Source of the DNA: an uncultured Chlorobiota bacterium
GTDB lineage: Bacteria; Bacteroidota; Bacteroidia; Bacteroidales; JAADGE01
Length of the DNA: 64,000 nt
Direction: 5' to 3'
Assembly: GCA_947311445.1 (NCBI GenBank)
Contig: CAMZKV010000042.1
Coordinates: 2,982-66,981, forward strand
This document shows positions 37,301 through 48,371 of this stretch, piece after piece. Each line of letters opens with the position of its first letter. Position 1 is the stretch's first letter. Under the pieces are notes generated by a model, which did not search any database, was not told the DNA's origin, and was given only the letters and a program-made list of their open reading frames with translations. The position numbers were made by a program, and so were the translations under genes.

Positions 37301-38419
37301 AAAATTGTTGTAAATACTCGTTTACTAATTGAAAATAAACTTGATGGAATTGGTTGGTTTACATACGAAACTCTCAAAAGAATAACAAAAAATCATCCTG
37401 AACACGATTTTTATTTTCTTTTTGACCGCAAATATTCCAATAAATTTATCTTCTCTGATAATATAACACCAATAATTATAAAACCACCTGCCAGACACCC
37501 GTTTTTATGGTTTTTATGGTTTGAAATATCTGTAAAAAAAACACTAAAAAAAATTAATGCCGATTTATTTATTTCTCCTGACGGATACATTTCTTTATCC
37601 TCAAAAATCAAACAAATACCTGTTATACATGATATTAACTTTGCACATCGCCCACAAGACTTACCGTTTTTAACACGAAAATATTACAATTATTTCTTTC
37701 CTAAATTTGCAAAAAAAGCATATAAAATTGCAACAGTTTCGCAATATTCAAAAAAAGACATTGAAAATCAATATAACATTAAAAAAGATAAGACCAAAGT
37801 TGTTTATAATGGTTGCAATGAAATGTATATTCCTGTTTCAGAAAACATTAAAATTTCAACAAAACAAAAATATTCAGAAGGAAAAAATTATTTTATTTTT
37901 ATTGGAACTTTGCACCCAAGAAAAAATATTGCACGATTATTTAAAGCATTTGAAATATTTAAAGAAGAGTCAAATTCAAACTTTAAACTCGTAATTGTTG
38001 GAACAAAAATGTTCCTTACAAAAGACATTGAACAAGCATATTCTCTTTCAAAATTTAAAAATGATATTATTTTTACAGGAAGGTTAAGCCCTAATGATTT
38101 ACACCATGTTTTAGCAAGCTCTTTTGCAATGACATTTGTTCCATTGTTTGAAGGTTTTGGCATTCCACTTATAGAAGCAATGAATTGCGACATACCTGTA
38201 ATTAGCTCAAACACAACATCTTTGCCAGAAGTTGCAGGAAGTGCTGCAATATTTGTTAACCCTAACTCTATAAACGAAATTAAAAATGCAATGATTAAAA
38301 TTTCAGAAGATGAAATATTAAGAAAAAACTTAATTGAAAAAGGAAGACTGCAAAAAACATTGTTTAGTTGGGATAAAACAGCTGAAAATCTTTGGAATAT
38401 AATTAAAGAAAGTTTTTAA
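37298..38419 (+). CDS. glycosyltransferase family 4 (GT-B, retaining type)
   Basis: 373-aa ORF. C-terminal E-x7-E region FEGFGIPLIEAMNCDIPVISSNTTSLPEVAG. Confidence 0.85.
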   Translation: MKIVVNTRLLIENKLDGIGWFTYETLKRITKNHPEHDFYFLFDRKYSNKFIFSDNITPIIIKPPARHPFLWFLWFEISVKKTLKKINADLFISPDGYISLSSKIKQIPVIHDINFAHRPQDLPFLTRKYYNYFFPKFAKKAYKIATVSQYSKKDIENQYNIKKDKTKVVYNGCNEMYIPVSENIKISTKQKYSEGKNYFIFIGTLHPRKNIARLFKAFEIFKEESNSNFKLVIVGTKMFLTKDIEQAYSLSKFKNDIIFTGRLSPNDLHHVLASSFAMTFVPLFEGFGIPLIEAMNCDIPVISSNTTSLPEVAGSAAIFVNPNSINEIKNAMIKISEDEILRKNLIEKGRLQKTLFSWDKTAENLWNIIKESF

Positions 38420-39547
38420 ATGGTAAAAAAAAATAAAACAATATTAATTTCACCTCTAAACTGGGGCATTGGACATGCTGTTAGAGATATCCCCTTAATA
38501 AATAAGTTGATAAATGCAGGTTACAATCTCATAATTGCCGCAGAAGGAGAATCGGCAAAATTATTAGAAATTGAATTTCCTAAACTAAAACACATTAACT
38601 TAAGCTCTTTTAAAATAAAATATTCTAAAAAAAAATCTCTTACTTTTAAAATCTTAATTCAAATACCGAAAATTTTAATTGGCATAAGAAAAGAGCATTT
38701 AAAATTAAAAAAAATAATTCATAACTATAAAATTGACCTTATAATATCTGACAACAGATACGGTTTATATTATAAAAATATTCCTTCTATTTTCATAAGC
38801 CATCAAATATTTATACAACTTCCAAAAAAACTAAAATTCCTTGAAAAAACAGTAAATAAAATACACCTAAAACGAATTTCAAAATTTCAAAAATGCTTAA
38901 TTCCTGATTTTTCAGATGAAATAAATCTATCAGGAAATTTATCTCATAAATATAAACTTCCAAATAACTATTCATTTATAGGTATTTTATCTCAATTTGT
39001 TTCAATACAAAAAAAAGATATAAATTTTATTTATGATATTATGGTAATTATTTCAGGACCTGAACCACAAAGAAGTATATTCGATGCAATAATTACAAAA
39101 CAACTAACCGGCACAAGTAAAAAAATATTAATAGTTTCCGGAAAACCACAAAAGCATCAAAAAAATACAAACAAAAATATAACTAGAATAAATCATTTAT
39201 CAAGAAATGAAATGCAAAAAGCAATAACATCTTCTAAAACAATTATAAGCAGAGCAGGATATACAACAATAATGGATTTAATTAAACTACAAAAAAAAGC
39301 GATACTAATACCAACTCCAGGTCAAACAGAACAAGAATATCTTGCTGATTATCATAAAAATAAAGAATTATTTATAATTCAAGAACAAAATAAACTTAAT
39401 ATTGATAAAGCTTTAAAAGAAATACAAAAATTACAAGCAAATTTTACAATATTTAAAGATAACAAAAAAGAAATTTTTCTAGAAATTATAAAAAATATGT
39501 TCCCTCCAAACTATCTTGATAACGAAAAATGTCAAACAAATAAATAA
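38420..39547 (+). CDS. glycosyltransferase (MurG/GT28-like C-terminal domain)
   Basis: 375-aa ORF that starts 1 nt after the stop of the preceding GT. N-terminal ISPLNWGIGHAVR and C-terminal ISRAGYTTIMDLIKLQKKAILIPTPGQTEQEYLA. Confidence 0.65.
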   Translation: MVKKNKTILISPLNWGIGHAVRDIPLINKLINAGYNLIIAAEGESAKLLEIEFPKLKHINLSSFKIKYSKKKSLTFKILIQIPKILIGIRKEHLKLKKIIHNYKIDLIISDNRYGLYYKNIPSIFISHQIFIQLPKKLKFLEKTVNKIHLKRISKFQKCLIPDFSDEINLSGNLSHKYKLPNNYSFIGILSQFVSIQKKDINFIYDIMVIISGPEPQRSIFDAIITKQLTGTSKKILIVSGKPQKHQKNTNKNITRINHLSRNEMQKAITSSKTIISRAGYTTIMDLIKLQKKAILIPTPGQTEQEYLADYHKNKELFIIQEQNKLNIDKALKEIQKLQANFTIFKDNKKEIFLEIIKNMFPPNYLDNEKCQTNK

Positions 39548-39618
39548 TAATTGATTTATTATTTGGAGTTTAAAACAAAATTCATAAATTTGCACGCAGA
39601 ATATGGAAGATAAAGGTA

Positions 39619-39647
39619 AGGGGACTATAAAGTCCCCTGTTTTATTG
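39619..39647 (+). terminator. hairpin plus U-tract between the GT gene and rimP (terminator or leader attenuator)
   Basis: Stem AGGGGAC (39619-39625) / GTCCCCT (39632-39638) followed by GTTTTATTG. It lies 8 nt before the rimP ATG. Confidence 0.6.
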
Positions 39648-39654
39648 TAAAAAA

Positions 39655-40131
39655 ATGATAACAAAAGATAAAATTACACAAATAATTAATGAAGCACTTA
39701 TTTCAAAAGATAATAATATTCAAGACAAAGAAATATTCATTACTGAAATAAAAGTTTCTTCAAGTAATAAAATCAAAGTTAACATTGACAGTTTTAATGG
39801 AATAAAAATTGACGATTGTGTTGTATTAAGTAAAATAATTGAAAGTAATTTTGACAGAGAAGTTGAAGATTTTGAACTAACAGTTTCTTCCGCAGGTCTT
39901 GGAAAACCGTTTAAAGTTTTTAAACAATATAAAAAAAATATAGGTAAAACAGTAAAAGTATTAACTATTGACGGAGAAAAGCAAACAGGAAAACTAATTG
40001 AAGTTTCGAAAATGGCTTTTACTATTGAACCAATTATATCAAAAAAGAAAAAAAAACTTGCTAAAATTGAAAAAACAATAACTTATCAGTTTAAACAAGT
40101 AAAAGAAGTAAAAGTTGTAATAACATTTTAA
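39655..40131 (+). CDS. rimP: ribosome maturation factor RimP
   Basis: 158-aa ORF directly upstream of nusA-infB. RimP-like motif ELTVSSAGLGKPFK. Confidence 0.82.
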   Translation: MITKDKITQIINEALISKDNNIQDKEIFITEIKVSSSNKIKVNIDSFNGIKIDDCVVLSKIIESNFDREVEDFELTVSSAGLGKPFKVFKQYKKNIGKTVKVLTIDGEKQTGKLIEVSKMAFTIEPIISKKKKKLAKIEKTITYQFKQVKEVKVVITF

Positions 40132-40145
40132 TACATTATGGAAAA

Positions 40146-41399
40146 ATGGATAATCTGAATTTAATTGATACGTTTGCCAGCTTTAAGGAAAACAAAAATA
40201 TAGATAGAGCAACAATGATGAATGTTCTAGAAGAAGTCTTCAGATCTACTTTTGAAAAACAATACGGAACATCCGAAAATTTCGATTTCATTATTAATAT
40301 TGACAAAGGAGATTTTGAAATTTGGAGAAACAGAGAAGTTGTTGAAGACAATGCGGTTGAAGACCCAAATATGCAAGTTGCAATTAGTGAAGTTCATAAA
40401 ATCGATGAAGATTATGAAGTAGGAGAAGAATTTGCAGACGAAGTTAAACTTGCCGATTTTGGAAGAAGAAATATTCTATCAATTAGACAAAATTTATCTT
40501 CAAAAATATTACAATTAGACAGAGATAATATTTATGAAATTTATAAAGATAAAATTGGAGATATTATTACAGGAGAAGTCTATCAAGTATGGAAAAAAGA
40601 AATGCTCATTCTTGATGACGAAGATAATGAAATGATATTACCAAGAACAGAACAAATACCATCAGATTTTTTCAGAAAAGGAGACACTTTAAGAGCTGTT
40701 GTCGAAAAAGTTGAAATGAAAAATAATACTCCTCTAATTATTTTATCAAGAACATCACCAACATTCTTAGAAAGATTATTTGAACTGGAAGTGCCAGAAA
40801 TATACGATGGCTTAATTACCATTAAAAAAATTGTGAGAATTGCAGGAGAAAGAGCAAAAGTTGCTGTTGAATCTTATGATGACAGAATTGACCCTGTTGG
40901 TGCTTGTGTAGGCATGAAAGGTGCAAGAATACATGGTATTGTTAGAGAGTTACGAAATGAAAATATTGATGTTATAAATTACTCTGACAACTTAAAACTA
41001 TACATACAAAGAGCTTTAAATCCAGCTAAAATTACAAAAGTTAAGATTATTGAAGAAGAAGATAGAGTTGAAGTATTTTTAGATCCGGAAGAAGTATCAA
41101 AAGCAATTGGAAAAGGTGGTTTAAACATTAAACTTGCAGGCAAACTCGTAGGCTATGAAATAGATGTGTTCAGAAACATTGACGAAGGAGAGATTGAAGA
41201 AGATGTTGATATCATGGAATTTGTTGATGAAATTGATGGCTGGGTACTAGAAGCATTCAAGAATATTGGATGTGATACAGCAAAAAGTGTTTTAAATATT
41301 TCAAGAGCAGAACTTATTAAAAGAACTGACCTTGAAGACGAAACTGTTGACAGAGTTTTGGAAATACTTAAAAATGAATTTGAAGAAAATAAAGCTTAA
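40146..41399 (+). CDS. nusA: transcription termination/antitermination factor NusA
   Basis: 417-aa ORF. NusA N-terminal, S1 and KH domains (DPVGACVGMKGARIHGIVRELRNENIDVI). Confidence 0.95.
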   Translation: MDNLNLIDTFASFKENKNIDRATMMNVLEEVFRSTFEKQYGTSENFDFIINIDKGDFEIWRNREVVEDNAVEDPNMQVAISEVHKIDEDYEVGEEFADEVKLADFGRRNILSIRQNLSSKILQLDRDNIYEIYKDKIGDIITGEVYQVWKKEMLILDDEDNEMILPRTEQIPSDFFRKGDTLRAVVEKVEMKNNTPLIILSRTSPTFLERLFELEVPEIYDGLITIKKIVRIAGERAKVAVESYDDRIDPVGACVGMKGARIHGIVRELRNENIDVINYSDNLKLYIQRALNPAKITKVKIIEEEDRVEVFLDPEEVSKAIGKGGLNIKLAGKLVGYEIDVFRNIDEGEIEEDVDIMEFVDEIDGWVLEAFKNIGCDTAKSVLNISRAELIKRTDLEDETVDRVLEILKNEFEENKA

Positions 41400-41500
41400 T
41401 GCTTTAAAAAAATATTTTATAATTTAATACTGTTAATAAAGCAGTATATCATTTTTTTATCGAATCAATTTACTGATTCAAAATTAGTTACAATATTTAT

Positions 41501-44488
41501 ATGGCTAAGACTATTAAAGGTAAGAGACTATTTCAAATTGCAAAAGAGCTTAATGTTGGAAAAGAACATCTGATAGAACATCTTCAAAATAACAATATTG
41601 AAGCTGAAAACAGACCAAATGCAAAAATTTCTGCAGAAGGCTATGAATTGCTATTGAAAAAATTTAGTTCTGACAAATTAGTAAAAGAAGAATCAGAAAA
41701 ACTAAGAAAAGAAAGAGAAGAAAGTATTATAAAAGATACTGAAACTGAGACTGTTCTTTCAGAAGTAAAAGAACAAACAGAAGAAGTTAATAATACTATT
41801 GAAGAAACTAGCGAAGAAAAAATTCTAGAGGAGACCATAGAAGAAATAGTACCAAAAGAAACTAAAGAAGAAAAAGTTCCCGAGAAAACTAAAGATGAAA
41901 AAATTCCAGAAGAAGTTAAAGAAGAAATAATTATTGATTCGATAAAAAAGGAAGAAATTACTGAAGACTCTATGAAAGAGAGCGGTGATATAAATACTAA
42001 TGATGATTTAAAAAAAGAAAAAAATAAAAGTGAAAAAGATTTACCTGAAAAAGAAGAAGCTACTAAATCTGATAAACCAGAACAAAAAGTCAATACTTTA
42101 AAAGTTAAAGGTAAAATAGATTTGAATGCAATAAATCAAAAAACAAAACCTGATAAAAAAACGGCAAAACAAAGAAAAGAAGAACGCCATAAAAGAAGAA
42201 TTGCAAAAATTGAATCAGAAGAACTTGCCAAATTAAATAAACAAAAAAATGCTGAGCAAGAAGAAAAACTTAGACTTGCAAAAATAGAATCCAACAAAGA
42301 ATTAGAAGCAAAAAAGAAAAAAGAAGAAGCTGAAAAGAATTTTATAAAAACAAAATTTCAAAAATTAACAGGCCCAAAAGTTCTTGGGAAAATTGTTGTT
42401 GAAGAAAAAAAGAAAAAAGGCTCTAAAAAAACAACTCCCGGTGCAAAAAAAGCAGGAGTTGAAAACAGAAGAACAAAACGAAGAAAAAGAATAAGAAAAC
42501 CTATAAACACAAATACAACTGCAACTGCTAACAAAGGCAAAAAAACTTTCGACAAAAAGAAAAGATACAAAAAGAAAGAAGAAGTAAGCCAAGAAGATGT
42601 TCAAAAACAAGTTAGAGATACACTAGCAAAACTAACAAATAAATCTAAAAAAACTTCTGTAAAACACAGACGAAAAAAAAGAGACGAAGCTCAACAACAA
42701 ATTCAAGAAGATATTCAATTACAAGAAAAGGAAAAATCAATCCTTAAGTTAACTGAATTTATTTCTGCAAACGAATTAGCTAAATTTATGGATGTTTCTG
42801 TAAATAAGGTAATTGCCACAAGTTTTGAATTAGGAAAAATGGTTACAATTAATTCGAGACTAGATGCCGAAGTAATTGGAATTATTGCCGAAGAATATGG
42901 ATTTGAGGTAGAATTTGTTTCAGCTACCGAAGGTGTTGAAATTGACGACTATGAAGATAAAGAAGAAGATTTAAAACCAAGACCACCAATTGTAACAGTT
43001 ATGGGACATGTTGATCATGGAAAAACTTCTTTACTTGATTTTATTAGAGACGAAAATGTTATAGCAGGTGAAGCCGGAGGTATAACTCAACATATTGGTG
43101 CTTACAATGTTAAAATGAAGGATGGTAAAAGAATTACCTTTCTTGACACTCCCGGACATGAAGCTTTTACAGCAATGCGTGCCAGAGGTGCTAAGGTAAC
43201 TGATATTGTAATAATTATTATTGCTGCTGATGACAAAAAAATTATGCCGCAAACAGAAGAAGCCATTAACCACGCTAAAGCTGCAGAAGTACCAATAATT
43301 TTTGCTATAAACAAAATTGATAAACCCGGAGCAGATCCTGAAAGAATTAAAAAAGAACTTGCAGAAAAAAATCTACTTATTGAAGCATGGGGAGGAAAAT
43401 ATCAATCTGTTGATATTTCTGCTAAACACGGAACAAATGTTGATGCACTAATGGATGAAGTTGTTTTAGCCGCTGAAATGTTAGAGTTAACTGCAAATCC
43501 TGACAGACCTGCAAAAGGAACAATTATTGAATCTGAACTTGATAAAGGTAGAGGATACATTTCTACTATTTTAGTACAAACAGGAACTTTAAAAATTGGA
43601 GATATTGTCCTTGCAGGAGCACATTCAGGCAAAATTAAAGCAATGTTTGACGAAAGAGGTAATAAAGTAAAAGAAGCTGGCCCATCAATTCCTGTTCAAC
43701 TGCTGGGTTTAAACGGTGCTCCGCAAGCAGGAGACATTTTCTATGTTCTAAATTCAGAAAAAGAAGCAAGAGAAATTGCTGACAAAAATAAACGATTACA
43801 AAGAGAGCAAACTCTTAGAACTCATAAACATATAACTCTTGATGAAATTGGAAGAAGACTTCAATTAGGTAACTTCCAAGAAATAAATATTATTATTAAA
43901 GGTGATGTTATTGGTTCTGTTGAAGCTGTTGCTGACTCACTAATTAAACTTGGGAATGACGAAGTTCAAATAAAAGTTATACATAAAGGTGTTGGACAAA
44001 TCTCAGAAGCTGATGTTATGTTAGCTTCCGCTTCCGATGCAATAATTGTTGGTTTCCAAGTAAGACCTTCTCTTAAAGCCAAAAAACTTGCCGAAAAAGA
44101 AGAAATTGACATTAGACTATATTCAATTATTTATGAAGCAATTGAAGAAATGAAAGATGCAATGGAAGGAATGCTTTCTCCAATTATAAAAGAAGAAATT
44201 ACTGCTACTGTTGAAATTAGAAATGTATTTAAAGTTTCTAAATCTGGTAAAGTTGCAGGTTGTTTTGTTCTTGACGGAAAAATTAGTAGAGATAATAAAA
44301 TAAGAATTATTAGAGAAGGAATTGTTAAATACCAAGGAGAACTTGGTTCTTTAAGAAGATTTAAAGATGATGTTAAAGAAGTTGTTTCGGGAATGGAATG
44401 TGGTTTAAATGTTGAAAACTATAATGATATTAAAGTTGGAGACATTATTGAATCATTTAGAGAAACTGAAACAAAAAGAAAACTATAA
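41501..44488 (+). CDS. infB: translation initiation factor IF-2
   Basis: 995-aa ORF. E/K-rich N-terminal region and G domain ([28 protein letters not shown]). Confidence 0.97.
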   Translation: MAKTIKGKRLFQIAKELNVGKEHLIEHLQNNNIEAENRPNAKISAEGYELLLKKFSSDKLVKEESEKLRKEREESIIKDTETETVLSEVKEQTEEVNNTIEETSEEKILEETIEEIVPKETKEEKVPEKTKDEKIPEEVKEEIIIDSIKKEEITEDSMKESGDINTNDDLKKEKNKSEKDLPEKEEATKSDKPEQKVNTLKVKGKIDLNAINQKTKPDKKTAKQRKEERHKRRIAKIESEELAKLNKQKNAEQEEKLRLAKIESNKELEAKKKKEEAEKNFIKTKFQKLTGPKVLGKIVVEEKKKKGSKKTTPGAKKAGVENRRTKRRKRIRKPINTNTTATANKGKKTFDKKKRYKKKEEVSQEDVQKQVRDTLAKLTNKSKKTSVKHRRKKRDEAQQQIQEDIQLQEKEKSILKLTEFISANELAKFMDVSVNKVIATSFELGKMVTINSRLDAEVIGIIAEEYGFEVEFVSATEGVEIDDYEDKEEDLKPRPPIVTVMGHVDHGKTSLLDFIRDENVIAGEAGGITQHIGAYNVKMKDGKRITFLDTPGHEAFTAMRARGAKVTDIVIIIIAADDKKIMPQTEEAINHAKAAEVPIIFAINKIDKPGADPERIKKELAEKNLLIEAWGGKYQSVDISAKHGTNVDALMDEVVLAAEMLELTANPDRPAKGTIIESELDKGRGYISTILVQTGTLKIGDIVLAGAHSGKIKAMFDERGNKVKEAGPSIPVQLLGLNGAPQAGDIFYVLNSEKEAREIADKNKRLQREQTLRTHKHITLDEIGRRLQLGNFQEINIIIKGDVIGSVEAVADSLIKLGNDEVQIKVIHKGVGQISEADVMLASASDAIIVGFQVRPSLKAKKLAEKEEIDIRLYSIIYEAIEEMKDAMEGMLSPIIKEEITATVEIRNVFKVSKSGKVAGCFVLDGKISRDNKIRIIREGIVKYQGELGSLRRFKDDVKEVVSGMECGLNVENYNDIKVGDIIESFRETETKRKL

Positions 44489-44507
44489 CAAATTACTTTA
44501 ATTATAT

Positions 44508-44536
44508 AAAGCTCTGTTTTACAGAGCTTTTTTTAT
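44508..44536 (+). terminator. rho-independent terminator of infB
   Basis: Stem AAAGCTCTG (44508-44516) / CAGAGCTTT (44522-44530), loop TTTTA, followed by a T-run. Confidence 0.85.
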
Positions 44537-44602
44537 AAAAAAATTATTATAAAAACAAACCTAACTTACTCAATATAAACTAATTAAATAATTCTTATAC
44601 AC

Positions 44603-45256
44603 ATGAACAATATTTATCTACAAAAGAATAAAATTCTTAATATTTTTCAAAAAAGTGATTTGAAACAATTCAAAATATCTGATTTTGAAAACGAATTAAA
44701 CTTTAAGATTATTTCATTTGAAAATGAAATCGAATTACTTCAAATAATTGATAAGATTTTCGTTGAACATAATTTAGAAGTTATTATAAAAATTAATAAT
44801 GTAAAATTACTTTCAGGAATTGCAGAAAGAATTGGGTTTCCAGAATATAATAAAGAACTAATCTCTACATTATATAAATTAAATAAAATAGGACTAGACA
44901 ACTTCAAAGAAGAACTTATGAGAATAGGCTTTTCAGAAGATTCTGTAAATTTAACAGAAACAATCCTAAATCTTAACGGAACATATAACAACCAAATGCA
45001 ATGTATTGAAAAATTTCTTGGTGAAACAGATTCAGGGATTGATGGAATTGTTGAAATTGAGAAACTTTTCTCTTTTCCTAAAATTAAGCAATTCAAAAAT
45101 GAAATTCAACTTGATATAACTTTATCTACTAACGAAAATAGTTTTTCTGGTACAATTTTTAAAATTGCACTTAAAGAAAACCAAAATAATATCTTATGCA
45201 AAGGTGGTACTAGTAAAGATTTTTTTAAAATATATTTTAAAACTAATGAAGTATAA
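44603..45256 (+). CDS. histidyl-tRNA synthetase-derived protein lacking catalytic motifs and the anticodon-binding domain
   Basis: 217-aa intact ORF. It aligns by eye with the middle of class II HisRS (IKINNVKLLSGIAERIGFPE, LYKLNKIGLDNFKEEL). The HisRS motifs RGLDYYTG and GGRYD are replaced by TNENSFSG and GGTSKD. Confidence 0.55.
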   Translation: MNNIYLQKNKILNIFQKSDLKQFKISDFENELNFKIISFENEIELLQIIDKIFVEHNLEVIIKINNVKLLSGIAERIGFPEYNKELISTLYKLNKIGLDNFKEELMRIGFSEDSVNLTETILNLNGTYNNQMQCIEKFLGETDSGIDGIVEIEKLFSFPKIKQFKNEIQLDITLSTNENSFSGTIFKIALKENQNNILCKGGTSKDFFKIYFKTNEV

Positions 45257-45263
45257 AAAAAAA

Positions 45264-46277
45264 TTAAACTTTTCTGTTACTAAGATAATCTTCCCATTTT
45301 AAAATTAATTCTTTAAAATTATCAGGAAGTTCTGCTCTAAATTTTACTTTATCACCTGTTTTTGGATGTTTAAATTCTAAAGTTTCTGCATGCAAAGCCT
45401 GATATGGCATTATCTTAAAACAATTTTGAATAAACTGTTTATATTTTGTATATCTTGTACCTCTTAAAATTTCAGTTCCTCCATACTCTAAATCACCAAA
45501 AATTGGATTTCCAAGATATTTCATATGAGCTCTAATCTGGTGTGTTCTACCTGTTTCAAGTGTACACTCCAACAAACTGACATATCCTAAATATTTAATA
45601 ACTTTATAATGCGTAACAGAATGTTTTCCATATTCTCCATTAGGAAAAACACTCATTACTTTTCTGTTTTTTAGACTTCTGCCAATATGCCCTGTAATTG
45701 TACCTTCATTTTCTTTTGGAACACCCCAAACTAAGGCAAGATATTTTTTTTCAGGAACACGATTAAAAAACTGTGTTGAAATGTTTGTTAGTGTTTCATC
45801 ATCTTTTGCAATAACCATTACACCAGATGTATTTTTATCTAATCTATGAACTAGACCTGCCCTAATCTCGCCACTTTTAAACATCTCAATATCACCAAGA
45901 TAATACATTAGCGCATTAACTAAAGTGCCATTTTCATTTCCATAAGCAGGATGAACAACCATCCCGGAAACTTTGTTAATTATGAGAAAATATTCATCTT
46001 CATAAAGAATATTTAATGGAATATTTTCAGGAATTATTTCAATTTTTTCAGGCTTGTAAAATGTCATTAGTTGAATAATATCATTTGGTTTTACTTTATA
46101 ATTTGATTTTACCTCTTTATTATTAACTATCAAATAACCTTTTTCAGACGCCTTCTGAATTTTATTTCTAGAAATATTTTCAATTCTATCAACCAAAAAC
46201 TTATCAATTCTTAAAGGAGACTGACCTTTGTCAGCTGTAAATTTATATAATTCAAATTTTTCATCTTTTTTTTCCAT
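45264..46277 (-). CDS. rluD: RluA/RluD family 23S rRNA pseudouridine synthase
   Basis: 337-aa ORF. S4-like N-terminus, catalytic HRLDKNTSG, and GRTHQIRAH. Confidence 0.88.
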   Translation of the reverse strand: MEKKDEKFELYKFTADKGQSPLRIDKFLVDRIENISRNKIQKASEKGYLIVNNKEVKSNYKVKPNDIIQLMTFYKPEKIEIIPENIPLNILYEDEYFLIINKVSGMVVHPAYGNENGTLVNALMYYLGDIEMFKSGEIRAGLVHRLDKNTSGVMVIAKDDETLTNISTQFFNRVPEKKYLALVWGVPKENEGTITGHIGRSLKNRKVMSVFPNGEYGKHSVTHYKVIKYLGYVSLLECTLETGRTHQIRAHMKYLGNPIFGDLEYGGTEILRGTRYTKYKQFIQNCFKIMPYQALHAETLEFKHPKTGDKVKFRAELPDNFKELILKWEDYLSNRKV

Positions 46278-46278
46278 A

Positions 46279-47106
46279 CTATTTTTTCATTATCTCAATA
46301 TCTGACATAAATTTCCAAATTCCTTTTTCATATTTTAAAGCATCAAAACTCAAATCAGGCCCGTAATACCTGTAATGCCCTCTCAACTCTTGTTTTGAAG
46401 GCGACAAATGATCCCAAATAATCATATCTTGTTTTTTATCAAATCTAAGCATCATACTAGACCTTTCATTATATTCAAAAACTATTCTTGATATAAATTT
46501 ATTATTAAAATCAATCACATTTTTACCGAAAATTGGAGTTTCATCATCTTCCAAAAACAAAACATCAAGAATTCTTTTATTTGTAAAATTATCATTAGCA
46601 TCCCAACCTAGCAAAACATAGTGCCTTTTTTTCTTATATTTTTTTGTAATTATTTTATAATAAACAGCACCATACCAATTTTCTGGATATACTTTATTTG
46701 AAGAATACTCACTAATAAGAGTCATATTATCATTAAGTTTCTCAACATAATCTACAATTCCATTCCTATCAAAATATTTAATAAAACCAAAATATTTATA
46801 TTCACTATTAGAATATTGAATTGCCCATGTTAATATGGAAATATAATTATCGTCAGATTCTAGTACATATAAATTTTTAACATCTTTAAAATCTTCAATG
46901 AAATTATGTTTTTCTTGCAAATAATCTTTCATATAAGTTAAAATTTGCATATTAATACTATTTTTAACTGAATCAGTCTGAGCGAAATATAACTTATCGA
47001 ACAAAATTTTAATATCCGAAACTTCATTTAAATCTTCTTGAGAAAAAGACTTTAAATTACCCGAAACAAAGAATAAAAAGATAAATAAAATTTTTACAAA
47101 CTGCAT
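46279..47106 (-). CDS. hypothetical secreted protein
   Basis: 275-aa ORF with a signal peptide, located 1 nt downstream of rluD. No family recognised. Confidence 0.5.
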   Translation of the reverse strand: MQFVKILFIFLFFVSGNLKSFSQEDLNEVSDIKILFDKLYFAQTDSVKNSINMQILTYMKDYLQEKHNFIEDFKDVKNLYVLESDDNYISILTWAIQYSNSEYKYFGFIKYFDRNGIVDYVEKLNDNMTLISEYSSNKVYPENWYGAVYYKIITKKYKKKRHYVLLGWDANDNFTNKRILDVLFLEDDETPIFGKNVIDFNNKFISRIVFEYNERSSMMLRFDKKQDMIIWDHLSPSKQELRGHYRYYGPDLSFDALKYEKGIWKFMSDIEIMKK

Positions 47107-47310
47107 AATTTCATTTTTATAATAGTTTTATAAACGTAACAAAATGAACTTTCTTATATTAAAAAGAGTCAACTTTAAATAAAACTGTAACAAATATTTA
47201 ACAATATTCGTTTAATTTTTAAAAGCACAATATTAATTAAAGTTTATAAAAGACAGAATTATTTATAAATTTGGTGCTTACTTTTATTTCAGTATTTAAT
47301 TTAAGAACAA

Positions 47311-48060
47311 TTGAAAAAAATATTTTTTATTCCAATCATTCTACTATCAATACTTCAATCTTTCTCTCAAACAAATAGAATTGTTGAAATAACAGGGCAA
47401 ATTATTAATGAAAAAAATAATTCCCCTGTGCATTATGCAACAATAACTAACATAAAAAAAGGAAAGTCTTTTACCTGTGATTCGCTTGGTTTTTTTCATG
47501 TAACAATGTTATCTAACGATATTTTAAGAATTAATGCACTTGGTTTTGAAAAGCAATATTTCACTTTAAGAGACACCGTAGATAAAGCAAAAATATATGT
47601 TATTAAACTAATTGAAAAAACTTATAAAATTGCAAATGTCGATATTTTTGATGCAAGATGGAAAGATTTCGAGTTTGAATTTGCACATACCGAAACTGCA
47701 AAACAAAAAACAAAAGAAAGAATTGAAAAATGGTTTTACAGCCTTATTGACCCAAAAGAATTAGCATTACTCACAGCATCTGCATCTATTGGAATTCCAA
47801 TAAACTATAAAACAAAAAGCGAAAAACAAAAAATAAAAGTTAAAGAACTTGAACTTCAAGATATTGAGAATAGAATAATTGAATCAAAATATAATGCTGA
47901 ATTAGTATCTGAACTTACCGGTTTAAACAAAACAGAGACCAAAAGATTTATGAAATTTTGCAGATTTGAAAGAAAATTTCTACTCCAAGCAAATGAATAT
48001 GATTTAATTGTTGAAATAAAACATCAGTTCAAAAGATATTATAAAATTCTGCATAGATAA
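47311..48060 (+). CDS. hypothetical protein with N-terminal carboxypeptidase-regulatory-like domain
   Basis: 249-aa ORF (TTG start in the ORF track). Signal peptide, then ITGQIINEKNNSPVHYATITN, which is typical of CarboxypepD_reg-like beta-sandwich domains. Confidence 0.45.
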   Translation: MKKIFFIPIILLSILQSFSQTNRIVEITGQIINEKNNSPVHYATITNIKKGKSFTCDSLGFFHVTMLSNDILRINALGFEKQYFTLRDTVDKAKIYVIKLIEKTYKIANVDIFDARWKDFEFEFAHTETAKQKTKERIEKWFYSLIDPKELALLTASASIGIPINYKTKSEKQKIKVKELELQDIENRIIESKYNAELVSELTGLNKTETKRFMKFCRFERKFLLQANEYDLIVEIKHQFKRYYKILHR

Positions 48061-48371
48061 AACCATCAAAATAATACATTTTTTTCTATTTACCACTAAA
48101 TACCTTATATTAATCAAAACAACTTTTGGAACTACACATCATTTGTTTTTTTAGTTAACAATCTATTTGTTAGCTAAATAGAACAAAATTTTACTCAATA
48201 AATATAAAATTAATTCAAAGAAATTATCACTGAATATTATATATTTTATTAAAATTTTCATACTTTTATAATTTCTAAAAAAGACCTCTACTTTTCTTTA
48301 ATTTAAAAAAACATTTTTGCTTTTTATAACAACTGATATCTAAAACTAACAAATAACTATATTTTTAAGTT

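Noticed and set aside
41641-42610. Several minus-strand ORFs (150, 70 and 81 aa) inside infB
   Set aside because: They are antisense to the E/K-rich N-terminal region of IF-2 and give Ser/Phe-rich low-complexity translations. They are not independent genes.
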